A stretch of 64,000 nucleotides of DNA from a virus. Its lineage: Duplodnaviria > Caudoviricetes. The DNA lies in IMG/VR virus record IMGVR_UViG_3300035562_000079, positions 1 through 64,000 of that record, one strand, 5' to 3'. The position numbers were made by a program, and so were the translations under genes. This document shows positions 1 through 7,587 of this stretch, piece by piece (the stretch's first letter is position 1; each line of letters starts with the position of its first letter). A model generated the notes under the pieces. That model had not been told where the DNA came from. It did no database searches and worked only from the letters and a program-made list of their open reading frames with translations.

Positions 1-1265
1 GTCACCAGGTCGCTGTAGCTCTTTCCGCCGTACTTGCTCACGTCGATCGTGTCGTAATTGGCCGAATCATCCACCAGCCACCGGCCACCTATAAACTCAT
101 ACCAAACACCGGAAAAGAGTCGTTTTTCGCCTTCATTTGCAGTAGCTGATTGTGGCTCATCCAGTGAAAGCAGCTCCCAATTAATGCGGCTGTCGAATTT
201 CTTCGCCAGCGCGATTTTTATGGCCGCGCCGTCAACCATCCCATTAGCCTTAACAACCAGGCGAGAGAACTTATCCTTGCCGACCTTGGACATTTCACCG
301 TGAATGTAACGCCGGCCATCGAGATCAAACCATTTCCCTTTAATGAACGTATCCCAAAGAACGTTAGCTTCACGCAGCACGTTCTCTTTTTCCTGCATTA
401 TGCGTTCGGTCATTTCCTGCGAATGCTTTCGGAGCACCCACACATCGACAACCGTCGCCGTTCCACTGTTTTCGAACGTGCCTGACGGCAGGCGGTGTGC
501 CCCTAAAAACTCGGCTTTCCGGGATACTTTCTCTCTGAGTTTTGCTTCGGAAGCGTTATGCGTAAGGCCGTTCGGAACGATTAGGCAGATAAGCCCGCCG
601 TAGCGCACCTTATCGATCGGACGTAACACAAAGTAGCCGGCTAGGGACTCATCTTTGTAAACCGTATCGAGTTCGGCGAATTTGCCACGGCTCTGGCCGA
701 ACGGCACATTGCCAACGCAGTGATCGAAGGTGTGATCTGGCGTACTACTTGCCAAGGACTCAAACGCTCCAATATTCACGTTATCTTCAGGGTGAAGTAA
801 GCGGTTTATCCGACCTGACGTATCGCTGATCTCGGCAGACTGCATAATCACACCGGTGGGCTTCGTTTCTTGAAAAACACCTGTACCAGCCGCTGGTTCA
901 AGCCCAATACCACCAGCAACGCCATATGCAGCCAACAGATCCCAAATACCCTCAGCTACCGGCTGCGGAGTGTAATATTCGTACTCGCTACCACCGATCC
1001 CGCCCTCGCCGGTGTACCCCGCCAGCGTTTTTCGCTGTTCGTCCGTTAATTTGTCTCCGTCCTGAAGTCTGTTTAACAGCATCAGTGCTGCTTCGTTCGC
1101 GCTCTTTCGTTCGCGGTCAATACTCACTCCCTGGTGCTTCTCTACGCCAAATGCGACTGGCTTGTACCGCATCCCCAGCGCGCGGATGACACGGACAATC
1201 TGCCGGATCGTAGTAACAGGCTGGATCGCGGGAATAATTTCAGCGCGATTGTTTTCTGTGCTCAA
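1..1265 (-). CDS. darB: DarB-like antirestriction protein, N-terminal methyltransferase-like region (continues off the left edge)
   Basis: Not in the ORF track; hand translation from TTG at 1265 (GGAG RBS) gives MSTENNRAE...EYYTPQPVAEGIWDLL...LEPAAGTGVF...GNVPFG, i.e. N6-MTase motif I and an NPPF-like motif; divergent from the portal as in P1. Confidence 0.85.
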   Translation of the reverse strand, partial: MSTENNRAEIIPAIQPVTTIRQIVRVIRALGMRYKPVAFGVEKHQGVSIDRERKSANEAALMLLNRLQDGDKLTDEQRKTLAGYTGEGGIGGSEYEYYTPQPVAEGIWDLLAAYGVAGGIGLEPAAGTGVFQETKPTGVIMQSAEISDTSGRINRLLHPEDNVNIGAFESLASSTPDHTFDHCVGNVPFGQSRGKFAELDTVYKDESLAGYFVLRPIDKVRYGGLICLIVPNGLTHNASEAKLREKVSRKAEFLGAHRLPSGTFENSGTATVVDVWVLRKHSQEMTERIMQEKENVLREANVLWDTFIKGKWFDLDGRRYIHGEMSKVGKDKFSRLVVKANGMVDGAAIKIALAKKFDSRINWELLSLDEPQSATANEGEKRLFSGVWYEFIGGRWLVDDSANYDTIDVSKYGGKSYSDLV

Positions 1266-1279
1266 GCTGGCTCTCCAAA

Positions 1280-1298
1280 AACTCACATAGGTTAGGGT
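1280..1298 (+). promoter_or_regulatory. Late promoter for portal
   Basis: AACTCACAT-aggt-TAGGGT, matches the late-promoter motif repeated across the window. Confidence 0.7.
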
Positions 1299-1308
1299 GG
1301 CGGCACTG

Positions 1309-1327
1309 ACCCTAAACCTTGTGAGTT
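1309..1327 (-). promoter_or_regulatory. Late promoter for darB
   Basis: Minus strand AACTCACAA-ggtt-TAGGGT; inverted copy of the portal promoter. Confidence 0.7.
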
Positions 1328-1334
1328 TTTATCC

Positions 1335-2993
1335 GTGAAGAAGCCTTCGAAGATGAACCCCGTAAACCTACTGCGCCGTATGATGGGGGGTTATGATGCC
1401 GGGGATAGCATCTCCAATGTAATCGCCAGCGGCGGCGGCCGGAATATCGTTTCTCGAACACTTCTGCCGACTGTCATCGATGATCGAGAAACGGGCCTTT
1501 CTACGGCAGGTGATACTGTCGTCGCTGGTTCAGTTCTCCCCAGTGATCGATTATCCCGCTATACCATTTTTGACCAGATGGCTCGCTCTCCAACCCTATC
1601 TGCGGCACTTAACATTCATGTGTCCCATGCGCTGGCGCAGGATAAAAAAAGTGGGATGTGTTTCAACCTGGCGCCCATTGAAGCGACCGATAAAGAAACT
1701 GCCGGGCGGTGTAATGAGATCATGAATGACCTGGGGGATATGCTTAACTCAGGCCTTCCATCATGGGCGCTGAATATGGCTATTTATGGCGTAAGCTACA
1801 TTAGACCTTACGCTAAAGAGCGAAAAGGGATTACAAGCTTGGAATCCAGCTATTACACGCTGCCTCACTTCACAACAGAGTACGAGCGCGGTGGCGAGTT
1901 AGCTGGCTTCTCCGGGGATTACTTTGTCGACCCGCTGACGAACCAGCGGGTATTAGCAAAACCGTGGGAATTGGTAGCAATGAAAGTGCCATACTGGACG
2001 CCGGACATTAACAACCGTCCTATGAATACCGGTACGGTAGGATATTCATTGCTGAGTGACCCTTCACAACGACCGCTGATTGAGACTCAAAACTATGGCA
2101 CCTCTTTCCTTGAATACAGCTATGAGTCTTTCGTCAACTTATGTGACGCATTGCGAGCGCTAAAGGCCACAAGGAACAATGCCGCAAAAATAGACAGGCT
2201 GATAGCCTTGTCGACCAACCAGCTTGATCCAGTCAATGCAGCAGCACATGCACGTAACGTTGGGCAATCACTGAAACGAAGCTCTGAAGAGATTATGCGC
2301 GCCTCTCGCAACAGCAATGTAATGCCGACAGTCTATAACCATATCGTTCCTGTTATGGGCGAGGGAAAAGGCGGCATAACAATCGACACACAGTTCATAC
2401 CAGCAGATATTACTGGAATAGAAGACGTCATGTTCCACCTACGACAGTTGTGCTCTACTGTCGGTGTCGACGCCACTATGCTTGGATGGGCTGATCAAAT
2501 GGCTGGTGGACTCGGTGATGGCGGCTGGCAGCAGACAGCAATACAGTCCGCGCAAAGGAGTTACTGGATCAGGCAAGCCGCAGCCTCTTTCCTTTACCGA
2601 ACGTTCGACATTCATTGTGCCTACAAATATGGCAAGGTCTATCAGCACAATAATCGCCCCTTCCGTGTTGAATTCAACTCTGTGAACACAGCGCTTCAGG
2701 CAGAAGCCAACCGCGAGCAAGAAAGCAGAGCGAACTACGTGTCGGTTGTCGTCAGTATTCTTGACGCAGTTCAAAACAACGCGCGCCTTGCTAGTTCGCC
2801 GGCATTGATGAACCTGCTGTTCTCTGAAATGCTCCAGATGAACAATGATACCATCTCGAAAATCTACCAGGAACTATCTAGCACCAAGCAAGAGGACTCG
2901 ATGATGGAGAGTGCAGGCTGGAGTAACTCTGGCTTGGATGAGCTTTCAAGGGAGGATTTACTGAGCATTTTCAAAGGCGTCATGGAGTCATAA
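1335..2993 (+). CDS. prt: Portal protein (P1 Prt-like)
   Basis: 552 aa, lies between darB and pro as in P1; preceded by a late promoter. Confidence 0.85.
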   Translation: MKKPSKMNPVNLLRRMMGGYDAGDSISNVIASGGGRNIVSRTLLPTVIDDRETGLSTAGDTVVAGSVLPSDRLSRYTIFDQMARSPTLSAALNIHVSHALAQDKKSGMCFNLAPIEATDKETAGRCNEIMNDLGDMLNSGLPSWALNMAIYGVSYIRPYAKERKGITSLESSYYTLPHFTTEYERGGELAGFSGDYFVDPLTNQRVLAKPWELVAMKVPYWTPDINNRPMNTGTVGYSLLSDPSQRPLIETQNYGTSFLEYSYESFVNLCDALRALKATRNNAAKIDRLIALSTNQLDPVNAAAHARNVGQSLKRSSEEIMRASRNSNVMPTVYNHIVPVMGEGKGGITIDTQFIPADITGIEDVMFHLRQLCSTVGVDATMLGWADQMAGGLGDGGWQQTAIQSAQRSYWIRQAAASFLYRTFDIHCAYKYGKVYQHNNRPFRVEFNSVNTALQAEANREQESRANYVSVVVSILDAVQNNARLASSPALMNLLFSEMLQMNNDTISKIYQELSSTKQEDSMMESAGWSNSGLDELSREDLLSIFKGVMES

Positions 2994-3002
2994 CTCCAAC
3001 TG

Positions 3003-3027
3003 AAAGGCCGCTTAAATCGCGGCCTTT
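3003..3027. terminator. Intrinsic terminator after portal
   Basis: AAAGGCCGC-ttaaatc-GCGGCCTTT hairpin between convergent genes. Confidence 0.7.
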
Positions 3028-3104
3028 CACAAGATCACATATTTATAACGTATGAATTATGAATTATGAATTATTCGAACCGAAACTAATAATACAATGT
3101 ATGA

Positions 3105-3524
3105 TTAAGGCCTGCATCGTGTTAAAACTGGATCATGACTATCAACACCGTTCGCTATAGCCATTTCCCGGTAACTATCAAAGAGTTCAATCCCGCCATC
3201 CTCAACTTCGGGAATCTCACCCCGTATGTAGCCCAGGCGAACAACTAAATTGTGGTCAGCACCACGCAATAGGAATCCCGCACACTTAGCACTATTTTCT
3301 ACCCCGCTATCGTGACAAGCAAACACGCTGGTCGCCTGGTCATAGCTTGTTCTGGCTGAGTGTCGAAACGCCTCTGGCGGAAACTCTCCTACAGCATCCT
3401 TTCTCCAAGGGCACTTAGGGCATGGCTTGCGGCGGCAAGACTTCCCGCCGCCCTTGACCGTCACCACCTGGTGCTCATTGCCAGCAGAGCGAGTTTCAAT
3501 AATTTCTGGTTTGTTAGGCATCAT
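3105..3524 (-). CDS. Cys-rich DUF6283-like hypothetical protein
   Basis: PCPKCPWRKD...FACH...CAGFL pattern; operator motif upstream. Confidence 0.7.
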   Translation of the reverse strand: MMPNKPEIIETRSAGNEHQVVTVKGGGKSCRRKPCPKCPWRKDAVGEFPPEAFRHSARTSYDQATSVFACHDSGVENSAKCAGFLLRGADHNLVVRLGYIRGEIPEVEDGGIELFDSYREMAIANGVDSHDPVLTRCRP

Positions 3525-3569
3525 ATTCCCAAGGTTCTATTTCGTCGATTGAACGACGATGATGTTAAT

Positions 3570-3584
3570 CTAATTAACTATTAG
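3570..3584. promoter_or_regulatory. Repressor operator CTAAT-N5-ATTAG
   Basis: CTAATtaactATTAG; one of seven intergenic copies. Confidence 0.65.
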
Positions 3585-3606
3585 ATTAAAGACAATATCC
3601 AGTCTT

Positions 3607-3625
3607 AACTCACTTCGGATAACGT
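3607..3625 (+). promoter_or_regulatory. Late promoter for pro
   Basis: AACTCACTT-cgga-TAACGT. Confidence 0.75.
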
Positions 3626-3666
3626 TTCCCGTCGCACTGAGCATCACTCATAACCAAGGGGGAACT

Positions 3667-4689
3667 ATGCCCACACAAGCACTGCGAACTGTTACTGACC
3701 GATTTTCCCTTGTCGATAACATTCGCAAACATACTGCACACAATGGCCGCAACTACCTGATGAGTGCGATCCGCGCAACCATTAGCTCACCTGAAGTGCA
3801 AGAACGTATCAAATTAGGCGAAATGTATGGGTATTACAGCCATACCAATCGGGCCTTGTATCATAAAGAAACGGGCAATCTCGACCTGCCGGAAGTCTGT
3901 TATGTCACCATCGACGGCAAACCTGTCATGTTGAAAAACGTGCCGTCAAACAGAACATTAGCGATCAGTATTGATGATGAGGGTATCGTAGAACATACAC
4001 AGGAAATTTTAGACACTGAGCCAGGTCATATTGTCAATGGTATGGAACGGTCAATGGCGGGAGGCTGGAGCTGGGCTACTGGTGGTAGCGACACTGCAAT
4101 TTCACGCGTAACTAGTTTCCACGGTTTTGACTATGTAACTACACCGAATTACATCAGCCTTAATCGAAAAGCAGCAATGCTTGAGAGCGTGTCCGATATG
4201 CACGCCTGGCGTCTGGAAGAGTTAATCAAGTCTGGTTACACAGAAAAAGGTGCCTCCGATATCCTGAAGCATTTTGACCAGATGCAGTCTCACGAAATGA
4301 TGTTTGAATCAGCACAAAGAAACGTTCATCTACAAAGCGACCTTCTTATCATGCAAGGTCAGATGATGGAGTTAGAGGATAAAATTCGACAAAGTGATAC
4401 GGCATTGGGTGAAGCGAATCTCGAACGGAACCGCCGCGGCGCTATGTTAGAAACGGCAATCAGAACGCTGCCGATTTTCCTAAGCGAAGAACAGAAAATG
4501 GCTCTATTGCGCTTGAATTCCGATGACGACCTGAAAACAGTAAATGCTATGTTCGAGTCCATAGCAGCCGGAAACCTTAACTCTCTACCTATTGGTAACA
4601 ATGCACTCCGAGAAGCGGCACCAGCCTCCAGGTCTAAAATTGGCGAAGTTCCTCCAATTCTCCCCAATGGTTTTAAATCCTTCCTATAA
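3667..4689 (+). CDS. pro: Head processing protease (P1 Pro-like)
   Basis: 340 aa after portal; YYSH, GGWSWA and GFDYVTTPN motifs typical of prohead proteases. Confidence 0.85.
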   Translation: MPTQALRTVTDRFSLVDNIRKHTAHNGRNYLMSAIRATISSPEVQERIKLGEMYGYYSHTNRALYHKETGNLDLPEVCYVTIDGKPVMLKNVPSNRTLAISIDDEGIVEHTQEILDTEPGHIVNGMERSMAGGWSWATGGSDTAISRVTSFHGFDYVTTPNYISLNRKAAMLESVSDMHAWRLEELIKSGYTEKGASDILKHFDQMQSHEMMFESAQRNVHLQSDLLIMQGQMMELEDKIRQSDTALGEANLERNRRGAMLETAIRTLPIFLSEEQKMALLRLNSDDDLKTVNAMFESIAAGNLNSLPIGNNALREAAPASRSKIGEVPPILPNGFKSFL

Positions 4690-4699
4690 AAAACCATAT

Positions 4700-4725
4700 C
4701 CCCTGATCACACGATCAGGGGTTTT
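4700..4725 (+). terminator. Intrinsic terminator after pro
   Basis: CCCCTGATC-acac-GATCAGGGG followed by TTTT. Confidence 0.65.
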
Positions 4726-4735
4726 CCCCACCACA

Positions 4736-4751
4736 CTGTATTTCCATACAG
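4736..4751. promoter_or_regulatory. LexA (SOS) box upstream of repL
   Basis: CTGTATTTCCATACAG = CTG-N10-CAG with AT-rich core, intergenic. Confidence 0.55.
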
Positions 4752-5038
4752 CAACCGGACAATAACCGGCCAAAAGATTGCGTAAAACTAATTAATGGTT
4801 TGTGTTTTACAGGGATCAACTCTTATCATCCGAACAACGGATCGAAAAAGGATCGTTAGGTGGTTCTTCTCACTGAAGGCGATTAACGAAGTTTGAGCTT
4901 TTAACAGGCGAAAAAAAACGCCAGCTTCTAACTGACGTCCTTTTTGTAAATCATGCTGATAAGTTTTGACGAACTTCACCAGCTAACTATTTCTTTGTCC
5001 TGGCGGTTAAAGAAACAGGTAATCAAGGCAACTAAGCA

Positions 5039-6079
5039 ATGACACCGGATGTAATTTTATCCCAGCAGATCGCTGGTAGCAACTCTGCACGCCCAAAAAA
5101 TACTCAGGAACATGCAAAAAAGCCAGTGCTCGCGCGGAACCCCTTCGTGCGTGGCGAAAATGTAACCGGAATGGCGTTGGAGTTTTTTATTCGTCATCTT
5201 AATAAGGCTTTACTTCCACGCGCTGCCTGTGACTTTCTATCAAAAATTTGCAATGTCGCCGCAGCTTCGGATGCATATCGTCTCTTCTACAGCAAAAGCA
5301 CTATGGCCGAGAAATCGGGCGTGTCTACCCGTACTGTCCAACGATACATGCGTGTCATCGAGGCCAGCGGGATCATGACACGTACAGTAGTCAGTGACAG
5401 TATTAAAGGCCACCAGCCCAACCTTTACACCTTTACACAGGAATTCATCTCAGCCGTCCGTGTTTTCTTTACCGTTCACTTGGGTGAGAGCCGCATTAAA
5501 AACATCAGGAAGATTCCTCATAGTGATTTGCAAAAATTCGTTGAGCTAGCTCTTTCCCCTCTACGCGGGATAATTCATAAAGTATCGAAAATAAAAGACA
5601 TTTGTTCAACATCAGATAAGAACCCCATAGGACAAAATGCCCCCTCACCCAAAGGACAAAGTGACCTACAAAAAGAAGTATACCCCTTGGGAAAAGCAGA
5701 AGATAAAAACCTTGTTCGTGCCTGCGGCCCAAACACGGGAATTTCTTTGCAGGAGAAAAACATAACCGGAATAGCCCGTCGCGCTATCACTAACGCTGAG
5801 CTTGTAGCAACTCGAGTCAAACGTGAGGCTGAAGCAGCTACCATAACAAAAGCAGCACATGCACGCCGTGAACGCGCCACGTTCTTACAGAACCGAAACA
5901 GAAGCCACACCCTGAGCACTCAAACTCAGTACAACCATTCGAGGATCATCGTTGAAGGAAAACGCTTTGATGAGGCTTTAGCACGTTCAAAAGCAGGGGC
6001 GCTCAAAGACAAAGCCAAAATAAGCACTCACCTGAACACCCTGAAAGCTATGTTTGGGAGAAAACCTGCCTTGGTATAG
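5039..6079 (+). CDS. repL: Lytic replication initiator RepL-like
   Basis: HTH (MAEKSGVSTRTVQRY), NLYTFT motif and GQNAPSPKGQ segment recall P1 RepL; internal AGGACAAA direct repeats near 5629-5660 may be oriL. Confidence 0.75.
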   Translation: MTPDVILSQQIAGSNSARPKNTQEHAKKPVLARNPFVRGENVTGMALEFFIRHLNKALLPRAACDFLSKICNVAAASDAYRLFYSKSTMAEKSGVSTRTVQRYMRVIEASGIMTRTVVSDSIKGHQPNLYTFTQEFISAVRVFFTVHLGESRIKNIRKIPHSDLQKFVELALSPLRGIIHKVSKIKDICSTSDKNPIGQNAPSPKGQSDLQKEVYPLGKAEDKNLVRACGPNTGISLQEKNITGIARRAITNAELVATRVKREAEAATITKAAHARRERATFLQNRNRSHTLSTQTQYNHSRIIVEGKRFDEALARSKAGALKDKAKISTHLNTLKAMFGRKPALV

Positions 6080-6091
6080 GTACTGTATAAA

Positions 6092-6110
6092 AACACACTT
6101 CCATTAGGAT
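6092..6110 (+). promoter_or_regulatory. Late promoter for endolysin
   Basis: AACACACTT-ccat-TAGGAT. Confidence 0.7.
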
Positions 6111-6151
6111 TCGTGACGGCACTTTGCCTGCACAATAAGTGGGAGTTACCA

Positions 6152-6640
6152 ATGAATCAAAACCGCCGCGCATTTTTCGACGTAATCGCGTTTTCTGAAG
6201 GCACAAGCACTCACGTGCTCACGAAAAATGATGGCTATGATGTAATCGTTACTGGATTAGACTTAAAACCAGAGGTGTTCACTGATTATAGCGATCACCC
6301 ATTCGCTAACGGGCGTCCGGCCAAAGTGTTTAACAAAAAAGGCGAGAGATCTTCGGCTTCCGGTCGATACCAACTCCTGTATCGCTGGTGGAAGCCATAC
6401 AAGGTACAGCTCAATTTAAAAGACTTTTCACCGGCCAGCCAAGAAGCTGTCGCTCTCCAGCAGATCAGAGAGCGAGGAGCGCTAGCGGATATAGATGCGG
6501 GCCGGATAGCTACAGCCATCCACAAATGCAGAGCAACATGGGCTTCATTCCCTGGCGCCAATTATGACGGCCAGAAAATGCATAGCCTTGATACGTTGTT
6601 GAATGCCTACGTTCGCTTTGGTGGGACACTAACCGAGTAA
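6152..6640 (+). CDS. Endolysin, lambda R-type lytic transglycosylase
   Basis: RRAFFDVIAFSEGT, SSASGRYQ, DFSPASQE, WASFPGA motifs; ATG at 6152 after GGGAG. Confidence 0.9.
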   Translation: MNQNRRAFFDVIAFSEGTSTHVLTKNDGYDVIVTGLDLKPEVFTDYSDHPFANGRPAKVFNKKGERSSASGRYQLLYRWWKPYKVQLNLKDFSPASQEAVALQQIRERGALADIDAGRIATAIHKCRATWASFPGANYDGQKMHSLDTLLNAYVRFGGTLTE

Positions 6641-6763
6641 TCTGATGGGGAGTCGCGCCCCCTTATTAATACATAATATGGTTAAGAGCTAAGCTATCAC
6701 GCCAAAAATCTCACCTTCCCTATTGCCTATCCGCGCCCTTACCAATAGTATTGTTTCAAATAT

Positions 6764-6778
6764 CTAATAGATAATTAG
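6764..6778. promoter_or_regulatory. Repressor operator CTAAT-N5-ATTAG
   Basis: CTAATagataATTAG just downstream of a TTGCCT-17-TAGTAT promoter (6723-6751). Confidence 0.7.
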
Positions 6779-6786
6779 GTTTTAAA

Positions 6787-7011
6787 TTGTCGATTAAAAA
6801 GAGTGTATCAACACGCATTTTTGAGATATCGAAAACGAGCGAAGTCCACGGCCCTCTACTGCGCCAAGCATTTGAAGTGATAGAGGTTCAAAAATACCTG
6901 CTCACCATAGTGCTCGAGATCAGTAAGAAAGCAGGATACAAGGGGAATTCAGTGGCAAAGGCTGTTGAGTTTCTTCGGGAAAAAAATAATGGAGAGGGGC
7001 CAAAGGAATGA
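6787..7011 (+). CDS. Hypothetical early protein
   Basis: 74 aa ORF behind promoter and operator; ATGA overlap with next ORF. Confidence 0.6.
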   Translation: MSIKKSVSTRIFEISKTSEVHGPLLRQAFEVIEVQKYLLTIVLEISKKAGYKGNSVAKAVEFLREKNNGEGPKE

Positions 7012-7211
7012 CTGTCGCTGATACAGTGGAAATCAATAAATCTCGCAATTACTGGCTGTCGAAAGGCTTCAAAAAGACTATTGAGGGTACATTAATTCGA
7101 CCAGACATGCTGATCACTCGCTCAGGAAAAAGCTGGAAGGCTACTGACCTAATCAAAAATACCACCTATCGCCACGCCAGCCTTCTGGTGGTTCTACAAA
7201 AGAATTTTTAA
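7008..7211 (+). CDS. Hypothetical early protein
   Basis: 67 aa, translationally coupled to upstream ORF, followed by a hairpin. Confidence 0.6.
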   Translation: MTVADTVEINKSRNYWLSKGFKKTIEGTLIRPDMLITRSGKSWKATDLIKNTTYRHASLLVVLQKNF

Positions 7212-7232
7212 CCCTGAGCATCCACAATTGAA

Positions 7233-7254
7233 AACGGCCCCTTCTGGGGCCGTT
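7233..7254. terminator. Intrinsic terminator
   Basis: AACGGCCCC-ttct-GGGGCCGTT between convergent genes. Confidence 0.7.
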
Positions 7255-7272
7255 CGTGCAATATTTCGAGGG

Positions 7273-7587
7273 TTAATATTCAACTAACTCGTCGGCTAGC
7301 TCCTGCTCCCGCGCGTGCTCATCATCAAATAAGCTTTTAGTCTCATCGTCCATAGCCACCTCAAAACCGATAACTTTCAACGTATTCACCAGCTCGTAAA
7401 GTGAAGCCCCTTCTGTGGAACGCACATATCCCATGACCGGGTTCAGATGCGCAAATTCCACTTCATCCACCAGCTCTGATCTACTGATGGCACCAAAAAC
7501 GTCAAAAGGTGCCGGCATTTCGATGCTGTCACAGCCAAATTGGATCACCCCTTCCCGTCCATCAAAAATGATAGTTACGTTAAGCAT
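7273..7587 (-). CDS. Hxr-position acidic protein, last gene of the dar operon
   Basis: 104 aa overlapping the ddrB stop, in the position of P1 hxr. Confidence 0.55.
   Translation of the reverse strand: MLNVTIIFDGREGVIQFGCDSIEMPAPFDVFGAISRSELVDEVEFAHLNPVMGYVRSTEGASLYELVNTLKVIGFEVAMDDETKSLFDDEHAREQELADELVEY

Noticed and set aside
58-1189. Short plus-strand ORFs in the first 1.2 kb
   Set aside because: Antisense shadows of darB.
6083-6098. Possible LexA box CTGTATAAAAACACAC before the endolysin
   Set aside because: Ends in CAC rather than CAG and is partly explained by the overlapping late promoter.
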